The notes under the pieces were generated by a model. The model was not told the DNA's origin. It did no database searches and saw only the letters and a program-made list of their open reading frames with translations. This document shows, piece by piece, positions 38,791-46,253 of a stretch of 64,000 bases of DNA (position 1 is its first letter; every line of letters starts with the position of its first letter). The position numbers and the translations under genes are program-made. The stretch is from an uncultured Actinomycetota bacterium (lineage in GTDB: Bacteria; Actinomycetota; Actinomycetes; Mycobacteriales; Jatrophihabitantaceae). The stretch lies in NCBI GenBank assembly GCA_963758325.1, contig CAVWUZ010000005.1:49087-113086 (forward strand), given 5' to 3'.

Positions 38791-39473
38791 GTGGCGACCG
38801 CCCTCGGGGTCGGGGAAGAGGTCACGCCGAACGACGCCGACAGGGCTTCGGCCTCGGCGCGGACGGCGTCGCCGTAGCTGTGCATCGTGTCTTCGGCGAT
38901 GCGGTACGTCGGCCCGACGACCGACAGCGCGCCGGCGACACCGCCGGGGCGCCGCACGGGAGCGGCGATGGCCGTCACGTCGGGGTCGGTCTCGTCCCGC
39001 TCGGCGATGTAGCCCTCGTCCGGGACGACGCCGCGCAGCGCCTGTCCGACGGCCAGTCCGCTCATCGGCACCGACCGCCCGACCCAGCTGGTGTGCCGCA
39101 CCGGGTGCGTCCCCTCGACCATCGCGACGTAGATGGCGGTGTCACCGGAGCCGGTCATCGACAGGTACGCCGACTCCCCCGTCGCCTCGACCAGCCGCTG
39201 CAGCGCGGGCTCGGCCTGCCGGACCAGCGCCTGCCGGCCGAAGGTCGCGGCGCCGAGCTGGATCAGCTTGGGGCCGCCGCGGAACCAGCCGCCGGCGTCG
39301 CGGCGGACGAACCCGGAGGCCTCGAGCGTGCGCAGCAGGCGCAGCGCCGTGCTGGGAGGCAATCCGACCCGTCGCGCGCACTCGGTGAGCGTCAGCGCCT
39401 CGGCAGTGCCCACTTCGGCGAGCAGCGCGAGGGCGCGCTCGACCGTCCGGGCGGTCTGCGAGATGGCGGTCAT
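38787..39473 (-). CDS. IclR family transcriptional regulator
   Basis: N-terminal wHTH (VERALALLAEVGTAEALTLTECARRVGLPPSTALRLLRTLE) and an IclR effector domain. I chose the ATG at 39473. The stop overlaps the ATPase start (ATGA). Confidence 0.8.
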   Translation of the reverse strand: MTAISQTARTVERALALLAEVGTAEALTLTECARRVGLPPSTALRLLRTLEASGFVRRDAGGWFRGGPKLIQLGAATFGRQALVRQAEPALQRLVEATGESAYLSMTGSGDTAIYVAMVEGTHPVRHTSWVGRSVPMSGLAVGQALRGVVPDEGYIAERDETDPDVTAIAAPVRRPGGVAGALSVVGPTYRIAEDTMHSYGDAVRAEAEALSASFGVTSSPTPRAVAT

Positions 39474-39580
39474 GGCGGTGCTGTTGTCACCCTCTGCAAG
39501 TCGGCTTCCGTGCTGCGACAGCAACCCAAGCACGAGGGTCCGACAACGTCGCCCCGGCGATGGCGATCGTTACCGGAAGT

Positions 39581-40288
39581 TCACCGCTGCGGCGGCGGTC
39601 CCGGACGGCGCCGACCGCCCCGGGAGGAGCCCGGCGCACCGGACACGCCGGACACGCCGGGCGCGCCGGGGACACCGGGCCCGCCGGAGAGCCCGGGCAG
39701 TCCGGGTAGCCCGGGCAGCCCGGGCAGCCCGGGCAGCTCGGCGACCCGGCGCAGCGCCTCCTCCACGCCGTGCACGACACGCTCGAGCGAGGCCGCGATC
39801 ACCGCCACCTGGCGCTGGCTGTCGGCCAGCGACGTCAGCGCCGGCAGCCCGTCGCGGCGGACGGCGTCGAGGACCTCCGGGATCTCCTGCAGCTGCGCCG
39901 CGTCGAGCCGCGGCAGCGCATCGAGCAACGGCGCCAGCCGCTCCAACCTGGGCGCGAGGGCGGCCAGCGGGATCTCCAGCGGCTCGGTCAGGGCGTCCAG
40001 CCGCGCGATGATGCGGTCCAGCCGCTGCACCGACGAGGCGAAGGCCAGGAACGCGTCGTTGGCAGCCCGGAGCGTCGCCGGCAGGGCGGCGATCAGCCGC
40101 GCCTGATCCTCGATGCCCCGGACCAGCTCGGCGAGCAGCGGGACCCGGCCGCTCGGCGTGTGCCCGGCGCTCTGCGTGTGCCCGGCGCTCTGCGTGCGCT
40201 CGGTGCTCTGCGTGCGCTCGGTGCGCTCCGTGCGCTCGGCGCGTTCCGTGCGCTGCGTGGCGGACGGGTCGGGCTGGCGCGCTGGCAC
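39581..40288 (-). CDS. hypothetical repeat protein: (T/A)ER(T/A)-rich N-terminus, helical core and a short Gly-X-Y (collagen-like) tail
   Basis: This is the high-GC3 part of track ORF 39581..40705, with a candidate GTG at 40288. The 18-nt in-frame repeats encode TERAERTERTERTQSTERTQSAGHTQSAGHT. The 9-nt repeats encode GLPGLPGLPGLPGLSGGPGVPGAPGVSGVSGAPGSS. Confidence 0.4.
   Translation of the reverse strand: MPARQPDPSATQRTERAERTERTERTQSTERTQSAGHTQSAGHTPSGRVPLLAELVRGIEDQARLIAALPATLRAANDAFLAFASSVQRLDRIIARLDALTEPLEIPLAALAPRLERLAPLLDALPRLDAAQLQEIPEVLDAVRRDGLPALTSLADSQRQVAVIAASLERVVHGVEEALRRVAELPGLPGLPGLPGLPGLSGGPGVPGAPGVSGVSGAPGSSRGGRRRPGPPPQR
40158..40260. repeat. 18-nt tandem repeat, about 5.7 copies
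   Basis: The first two units are GTGTGCCCGGCGCTCTGC, followed by diverged units GTGCGCTCGG(T/C)GC(T/G)(C/T)T(G/C)C. The period is a multiple of 3 and in frame with the hypothetical protein above. Confidence 0.9.
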
Positions 40289-40377
40289 GCTGCCCTGTCT
40301 ACCGGTCCTGCGGTGCCGCGTCGACGGGACGGACGCGGCGCGATCGAGGCCGGTAGTGCCGATCCGCGCCGCGCGCG

Positions 40378-40554
40378 CCGTTGCTCCGTTGCTCCGCGAG
40401 TGGTCCGTTGCTCCGTTGCTCCGTTGCTCCGCGGGTGGTCCGTTGCGCGCCGAGTGGTCCGTTGCTCCGCGAGTGGTCCGTTGCTCCGCGAGTGGTCCGT
40501 TGCTCCGCGAGTGGTCACCGATCGGGTGACCACTCGGCGCGCACGTGACCACCC
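40378..40554 (+). repeat. modular repeat element, copy 1: 8-nt and 19-nt tandem units, a 12-bp hairpin and a third arm
   Basis: The array is built from CGTTGCTC units and CGCGAGTGGTCCGTTGCTC units. The hairpin is CGAGTGGTCACC-GATCG-GGTGACCACTCG (40508..40536). The right arm repeats as GTGACCAC at 40545..40552. Confidence 0.9.
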
Positions 40555-40598
40555 GGGACGACAACTGGCCACTAGGTGGTGACGACTGTGACACCGCG

Positions 40599-40672
40599 GC
40601 GCCTCCGACGTCGGTGCGCCGAATGCGTCGTTGCGCCTCCGACGTCGGCGCGCCGAGTGCGTCGGTGCGCCG
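40599..40672. repeat. 34-nt tandem duplication (2.2 copies), each unit containing the palindrome CCGACGTCGG
   Basis: The two units are GCGCCTCCGACGTCGGTGCGCCGAATGCGTCGTT and GCGCCTCCGACGTCGGCGCGCCGAGTGCGTCGGT, followed by GCGCCG. Confidence 0.9.
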
Positions 40673-40725
40673 TACAGCCGTGGGAGCACACTGTGTGGCC
40701 GGCACCAGGTGCGCGGCGTGCTTCT

Positions 40726-40741
40726 GTTACTCGCGAGTAAC
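40726..40741. promoter_or_regulatory. perfect 16-bp palindrome GTTACTCGCGAGTAAC, a candidate operator
   Basis: Read directly from the sequence. It ends 50 nt upstream of the Fe-S reductase ATG (40791), in a locally less GC-rich patch. Confidence 0.4.
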
Positions 40742-40790
40742 TTGAGGCGGTCCGCACCGTTCCACCACCCCAGCCAGGAGGACCTCCCGG

Positions 40791-43076
40791 ATGAGCGGCA
40801 CCCCGCTGGCCGACGGCGTGTTCATCGACTGGTCGTACACCTCACCGGGCTGGCTGCGCTGGTCGCTGGCGCTGGCGATGCTCGTCGCCACGGCCGCGAT
40901 CGCCGGGAACCGGGTGGCGTGGCTGGTCCGGCTGATCCGTTCCGGACGTCCTGCTCCGGGCCGTAGCGACGAGGTCGGGGTCCGCCTGCGCAGCGAGGCC
41001 GTCGAGGTGTTCGGCCAGCGCAAGCTGCTGAAGTGGTCGGCTCCCGGGATCGCCCACTTCTTGACGTTCTGGGGCTTCGTCGTGCTCGGCATCACGATCG
41101 TCGAGGCGTTCGGGGCGTTGGTGATCAGCCAGGACTTCGCGTTCCCCGTGATCGGCCGGGCCCGCTGGCTGGGTTTCCTGGAGGACTTCTTCGCCGTCGC
41201 GGTCCTGGCCGGCATCACCTGGTTCGCGATCAACCGGCTCCGCAACGCCCCCGCGCGCAAGCAGCGCGCCAGCCGCTTCTACGGCTCGCACACCGGCCCG
41301 GCGTGGGCGGTACTCGGCATGATCGCGCTGGTCATCGTCACGCTGCTGGTCTACCGCGGCGCGCAGTGGAACACCGGCCACTTCCCGTTCGGGAAGTCGA
41401 AGTGGCCGTTCGCCTCCTACCTGGTCGCGCAGGCGCTGCGGCCCGGCGCGCACAACCAGGGCATCGAGACGACCTTCCTGCTGCTGCAGATGGCCGTCGT
41501 GTTCGGCTTCGCCATCCTGGTCACCTACTCGAAGCACCTGCACATCGCGACGGCGCCGCTCAACGTGGCCACCAAGCGGGAGCCGGACGGGCTCGGGCCG
41601 CTGCTACCGGTCACCGACGACGCCGGCGCGCCGATCGACTTCATGGACGCCGAGAACCTGTCGGAGGACACCGTCTTCGGCAAGGGCAAGATCGAGGACT
41701 TCACCTGGAAGGGGTACCTCGACTTCGCCACGTGCACCGAGTGCGGCCGGTGCCAGTCGCAGTGCCCGGCATGGAACACCGCCAAGCCGCTGTCGCCGAA
41801 GCTCGTGATCATGGACCTGCGCGACCACCTGTTCGCGAAAGCGCCCTACCTCATCGGTGGCCAGAAGGTGCCGGACAACGCCGCGACGCCGAGTTTCGAG
41901 GCCGGCGAGGCCGGCCGGCACGTCCCCGAGTCCGGCTACCCGCGCGTCGAGGGGCCCTCCGAGGCGCAGGCGCTGCGCCCGCTGGTGGGCACCGCCGAGC
42001 AGGGCGGCGTCATCGACCCGGACGTGCTGTGGTCCTGCACGACCTGCGGGGCGTGCGTGGAGCAGTGCCCGGTCGACATCGAGCACGTCGACCACATCCT
42101 CGACATGCGGCGCTACCAGGTGCTGATCGAGTCGGCGTTCCCGTCCGAGGCCGGCTCGATGCTGCGCAACCTCGAGAACAAGGGCAACCCGTGGGGACTG
42201 TCCGAACGCGCCCGGGAGGAGTGGACCGACGGGCTCGGCTTCGACGTCCGGCGCGCTGAGCCCGGCACCCCGCTCGAGGCGGAGGTCGAGTACCTGTTCT
42301 GGGTCGGCTGCGCCGGAGCGCTCGAGGACCGGGCGAAGAAAGTCACCCGCGCCTTCGCCGAGCTGCTGCACGTCGCCGGGGTGGACTTCGCGGTGCTCGG
42401 CACGGGCGAGACGTGCTCCGGCGACCCGGCGCGGCGCCTGGGCAACGAGTTCGTCTTCCAGATGCTCGCCATGCAGAACGTCGAGACCCTCAACTCGATC
42501 ACCCGCGCCGCGCCGTTGAAGATCGTCGCCACCTGCCCGCACTGCTTCAACACCCTGGGGCGGGAGTACCCGCAGCTCGGCGGCCACTACGAGGTCGTCC
42601 ACCACACCCAGCTGTTGGGGAAACTCGTCGAGCAAGGACGGTTGACCCCGGTCGAGCCGGTGGACAAGAAGGTCACCTACCACGACCCGTGCTACCTCGG
42701 CCGCCACAACAAGGTCTACACACCGCCGCGCGAGGTCCTCGACAGCGTCCCGCGGCTGCGCCAGCAGGAGATGCACCGCTGCAAGGACCGCGGCTTCTGC
42801 TGCGGCGCCGGAGGCGCCCGCTTCTGGATGGAGGAGAAGATCGGCAAGCGGATCAACGTCGAGCGCACCGACGAGGCACTCGGGCTCGACCCGGACCTGA
42901 TCTCGACCGCCTGCCCCTTCTGCATGGTCATGCTCTCCGACGCAGTGACAGCCAAGAAGGCCGAAGGCGCTGCCCGCGACGACGTCCAGGTCCTCGACGT
43001 GGCGCAGATCCTGCAACAGTCCCTGGCCGCACAGGACGCGCCCGGCTCGCAGCCCGCATCTACCGCGACCGCCTAG
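40791..43076 (+). CDS. membrane-anchored (Fe-S)-binding oxidoreductase, heterodisulfide-reductase/GlpC-like (Rv0338c-like)
   Basis: An N-terminal multi-TM domain, two 4Fe-4S ferredoxin motifs (CTECGRCQSQCP, CTTCGACVEQCP) and two CCG cysteine-rich domains (CPHCFNTLG, DPCYLGRHN...CCGAGG). Confidence 0.85.
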   Translation: MSGTPLADGVFIDWSYTSPGWLRWSLALAMLVATAAIAGNRVAWLVRLIRSGRPAPGRSDEVGVRLRSEAVEVFGQRKLLKWSAPGIAHFLTFWGFVVLGITIVEAFGALVISQDFAFPVIGRARWLGFLEDFFAVAVLAGITWFAINRLRNAPARKQRASRFYGSHTGPAWAVLGMIALVIVTLLVYRGAQWNTGHFPFGKSKWPFASYLVAQALRPGAHNQGIETTFLLLQMAVVFGFAILVTYSKHLHIATAPLNVATKREPDGLGPLLPVTDDAGAPIDFMDAENLSEDTVFGKGKIEDFTWKGYLDFATCTECGRCQSQCPAWNTAKPLSPKLVIMDLRDHLFAKAPYLIGGQKVPDNAATPSFEAGEAGRHVPESGYPRVEGPSEAQALRPLVGTAEQGGVIDPDVLWSCTTCGACVEQCPVDIEHVDHILDMRRYQVLIESAFPSEAGSMLRNLENKGNPWGLSERAREEWTDGLGFDVRRAEPGTPLEAEVEYLFWVGCAGALEDRAKKVTRAFAELLHVAGVDFAVLGTGETCSGDPARRLGNEFVFQMLAMQNVETLNSITRAAPLKIVATCPHCFNTLGREYPQLGGHYEVVHHTQLLGKLVEQGRLTPVEPVDKKVTYHDPCYLGRHNKVYTPPREVLDSVPRLRQQEMHRCKDRGFCCGAGGARFWMEEKIGKRINVERTDEALGLDPDLISTACPFCMVMLSDAVTAKKAEGAARDDVQVLDVAQILQQSLAAQDAPGSQPASTATA

Positions 43077-43408
43077 CGGCCCGACGTCATCGACCTCAGC
43101 CGGGCGGGCGGGCGCCCGCGCGCCGACGGCGGGTCGCGTGCGTCCCGGTCGGGGTGGCCCGCGTCGGGTCGCCGCGGGCGCTCAGCGGCAGCGCCCCGAG
43201 CCAGTTGCGGAACTCTTGATGTTCTCTCGGGACGGCGGGGGGATCCGGACCGCGATCAACGTCTGCACCCGGCGGTCGATGGCAGCCAGGTCCACGTCGC
43301 GGACGGCGCCGCGGATCAACTGCTCGGGCCCCGCGACCGCAACGCGACGCCCACCGGCGAGCTGCCGCTGCTGACCTGGTCGTTGCACGTCGTCGCCGGC
43401 CGCCGCCC

Positions 43409-43579
43409 GCCGAGTGGTCCGTTGCGCCGCGAGTGGTCCGTTGCACGCCGAGTGGGCGACGTTCCGGTGCCCACTCGGCGTTCACGTGCCCACCCGGGGA
43501 GGAAGTGGCCACCCGGCGGAGGAAGTGGCCACCCCGGGAACGGAAGTGGCCACCACGGGACGGAAGTGGCCACCCGGGG
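43409..43579 (+). repeat. modular repeat element, copy 2: 19-nt units, a hairpin, a third arm and 4 x 20/21-nt GGAAGTGGCCACC units
   Basis: Two 19-nt units lie at 43409..43446. The hairpin is CGAGTGGGC-N11-GCCCACTCG (43449..43477). The third arm GTGCCCAC is at 43486..43493. GGAAGTGGCCACC starts at 43501, 43521, 43542 and 43562. Confidence 0.9.
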
Positions 43580-43697
43580 GCCGAGTGAGCGCCCCGGAAG
43601 AGACGTGTCCGCCGGAGCTGTGAACTGGTCGTCCACCGGCGAGGAGTGCGACGTTGCGTCGTGGTACGCGCGCCCGAGCGTCGTACTCTGCCCTGCG

Positions 43698-44093
43698 ATG
43701 AGACCGCGCGACGTCGTCGACTACGCGCTGCAGCGCCGGGCCAGGCTGGCCGACCTGCGGTGCGGGCGCACGTCCGCCCTCGAGGCCTGTGACGCGCAGC
43801 CGTACCTGAAACTGGCCGCCCGCCACCACGGTGAGCGGGTCGCCAACGCCTGCCCGGTGTGCCACGGCCGGGGGCTGCGTCTCGTGCACTACGTCTACGG
43901 CGACAACCTCGGCCGCATCGCCGGGCAGGCGAAGACCCGCTCCGACCTGGCCCGGATGGCCCGGCTCCGCTCGTTCACCGTCTACGCGGTCGAGGTCTGC
44001 CTCGACTGCGGCTGGAACCACCTGAGCCGGTCGTTCCGGCTCGGTTCCGACGACGGGGGCGCCCACCCGGCGGCGCGCGCCGCGGACGGATGA
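43698..44093 (+). CDS. DUF5318-like protein (conserved partner of the downstream PBP gene in actinobacteria)
   Basis: Motifs VVDYALQRRARLADL ... CDAQPYLKLAARHHG ... CPVCHG ... VCLDCGWNHL. ATG at 43698. The stop overlaps the PBP start (ATGA). Confidence 0.7.
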   Translation: MRPRDVVDYALQRRARLADLRCGRTSALEACDAQPYLKLAARHHGERVANACPVCHGRGLRLVHYVYGDNLGRIAGQAKTRSDLARMARLRSFTVYAVEVCLDCGWNHLSRSFRLGSDDGGAHPAARAADG

Positions 44094-46183
44094 CCCGCGC
44101 CGCACCGCCGCACCACCCGCCACCGTCGGCTTCCCCGCCGGCGCCGCCGGGGCCTCGGACGCGGCGGGAGCGGCGGCGGGCCCGGCGCCGGGCGCACCGC
44201 GCCCGGATCGCCGCGATGTCGCGGACGCGCCGCGTCGGTCGCCGGCTGGCCCGGACGGCGGCCGTGCTGCTCGTCCTCGTCGTGGCGCTCGCGACGACGG
44301 CGGTGTTCGGCTTCTACGAGCTGTCCGACGTGCCGTCACCGCAGTCGCTGCCCCTGCCGCAGGCGACCGTCCTCGAGTACTCCGACGGCACGCCGATGGC
44401 CCGCGTCGGCGACCTCAACCGGACCATCGTGCCGCTCTCCCGGGTCCCCGACGACGTCCGCTGGGCGGTGCTCGCCGCGGAGGACCGCGGCTTCTACAGC
44501 GAGCCCGGCGTCTCGGCGCGCGGCATGCTGCGGGCGGTGTGGGACGACGTCGTCAACGGCGGCAGTCAGGGCGGGTCGACGATCACCCAGCAGTACGCGA
44601 AGAACGTCTACCTGAACTCGGAGCAAACCCTCGGGCGCAAGCTGCGCGAGCTCGCCATCGCGGTCAAGCTCGACCGCGAGTACTCGAAGGACCAGATCCT
44701 CGAGTACTACCTCAACACCGTCTACTTCGGCCGCGGCGCCTACGGGGTGCAGGCCGCCGCCCAGGCCTACTTCGGGGTCGACGTCGACCGGCTCAGCGCC
44801 ACGCAGGGCGCGCTGCTGGCCGGGCTGCTGCAGTCCCCGTCCCAGGACGACCCCGCGGTGTCCCCCGAGCGGGCGCGCGCCCGCTGGCGCTACGTCCTCG
44901 ACGGGATGGTCGCGACCGGGCACCTCGCGCGTGCTGACGGCGACCGGTTGCCGTTCCCGACGACCCGTCCGCCGCGACCGGCCGGGCAGCTGGGCGACCC
45001 AGGACCGGCGGGCCTGGTGATCCGGCAGGTGTACGCCGAGCTGGCAGTGGACGGCATCAGCCGCCAGCAGGTCGACAGCGACGGCCTCGTCATCCGGACG
45101 ACGATCGACCCGCGCGCCCAGGACGCCGCCGTCCGCGCGGTCGGGACGGTGTTCACCGGCGCGCCGTACCAGGCGGGGATGCACCAGGCGCTGGTCGCCG
45201 AGAACCCCGCCGACGGCGCGGTGCTCGCCTACTACGGCGGTTCGGACGGCAGCGGGTTCGACTACGCCACACAGGGCTTCCGGCCGCCCGGCTCGACCTT
45301 CAAGCCGTACACCGTCGCCACCGTCCTCACCGCCACCGCGCAGCGGACCACGTCGGTGCCGCTCGCGGTCGATTCCCTCGTCGACGGCTCCGACGCGCGG
45401 ATGGTGCAGGGTGTCAAGGTCTTCAACGACCCCGCCGACGGCGCGGTCAGCCTGCCGCGGGTGAGCGTCGCGCAGGCGATGGACTACTCGCTCAACACCA
45501 CGTTCGCGCAGCTCGCCGTGGACGCCGGCACCGACGCGGTCGCCCGCACCGCGCGGGCCGTCACCGGAGTCCCGGCGACCACCTCCGCCGGCGCACCGAC
45601 GCTGGCCGACGCGAACGGTGCCGTGTCCTTCGGCATCGGGATCGGCAACTACCCCGTGCGCCCGATCGACCAGGCGACCGGCTACGCGACCCTCGCCAGC
45701 GGCGGGACCTACCACGCGCCCTACCTCGTCCAGGCCGTCACCGACTCCGGCGGCGCGATCCTGTTCGAGCACGCGGCACCCGCCGCCGCCCAGGTGCTCG
45801 ACCCACGGGTGGCCAACGACGTCACGCTGACTCTCGAGCCGGTCGCCGCGCGGTCCGGGACCGCGCTGGCCGGTGGACGGCCGTCGGCGGCCAAGACCGG
45901 CACCGTCGGCCTCCAGGGCCCGGACTCCGGCAAGCCGACGGCGACCCGCAACACCGACTACGGCAACAGCGACGCCTGGATGGTCGGCTTCACCCCGCAG
46001 GTCAGCGCCGCGGTGTGGGTCGGCACTGGCGAGGACAGGCCGATCGTCAACGCCCACGGGACACCGGAGTACGGCTCCGACCTGCCCGCGAAGACCTGGA
46101 AGCTGTTCCTCGACACCTACCTCGCCGGCGCGCCGGTGCTGCGGCTGCCGACGACGCAGCAGCTGCACGTCGCGGCACGCTGA
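44090..46183 (+). CDS. class A penicillin-binding protein (glycosyltransferase GT51 plus transpeptidase)
   Basis: GT51 motifs EDRGFYSEPGVS and GGSTITQQYAKN. Transpeptidase motifs STFK, SLN and KTGT. An N-terminal Arg-rich cytoplasmic tail is followed by a TM helix. Confidence 0.9.
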   Translation: MTRAAPPHHPPPSASPPAPPGPRTRRERRRARRRAHRARIAAMSRTRRVGRRLARTAAVLLVLVVALATTAVFGFYELSDVPSPQSLPLPQATVLEYSDGTPMARVGDLNRTIVPLSRVPDDVRWAVLAAEDRGFYSEPGVSARGMLRAVWDDVVNGGSQGGSTITQQYAKNVYLNSEQTLGRKLRELAIAVKLDREYSKDQILEYYLNTVYFGRGAYGVQAAAQAYFGVDVDRLSATQGALLAGLLQSPSQDDPAVSPERARARWRYVLDGMVATGHLARADGDRLPFPTTRPPRPAGQLGDPGPAGLVIRQVYAELAVDGISRQQVDSDGLVIRTTIDPRAQDAAVRAVGTVFTGAPYQAGMHQALVAENPADGAVLAYYGGSDGSGFDYATQGFRPPGSTFKPYTVATVLTATAQRTTSVPLAVDSLVDGSDARMVQGVKVFNDPADGAVSLPRVSVAQAMDYSLNTTFAQLAVDAGTDAVARTARAVTGVPATTSAGAPTLADANGAVSFGIGIGNYPVRPIDQATGYATLASGGTYHAPYLVQAVTDSGGAILFEHAAPAAAQVLDPRVANDVTLTLEPVAARSGTALAGGRPSAAKTGTVGLQGPDSGKPTATRNTDYGNSDAWMVGFTPQVSAAVWVGTGEDRPIVNAHGTPEYGSDLPAKTWKLFLDTYLAGAPVLRLPTTQQLHVAAR

Positions 46184-46253
46184 CCACGCCCCACGGCGGC
46201 GCCGGTGCGCGGTGGCCGGCGGGCGTCCCACGAACGGCTGGCACGATGCCCCG

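Noticed and set aside
39142-39381. Many short Arg/Pro-rich ORFs listed in the track, for example 39142..39381, 7666..7884 and 1636..1854
   Set aside because: They are nested inside well-supported genes in other frames and their composition is not protein-like.
40158-40672. Tandem arrays considered as a CRISPR locus
   Set aside because: The units are 8-34 nt and directly abutting, with no unique spacers. No cas genes are nearby. The same applies to 43409..43579 and 50351..50451.
41604-43016. 470-aa minus-strand ORF, and similar ORFs at 44336..46450 and 46740..48002
   Set aside because: They are antisense shadows of the Fe-S reductase, PBP and GT87 genes.
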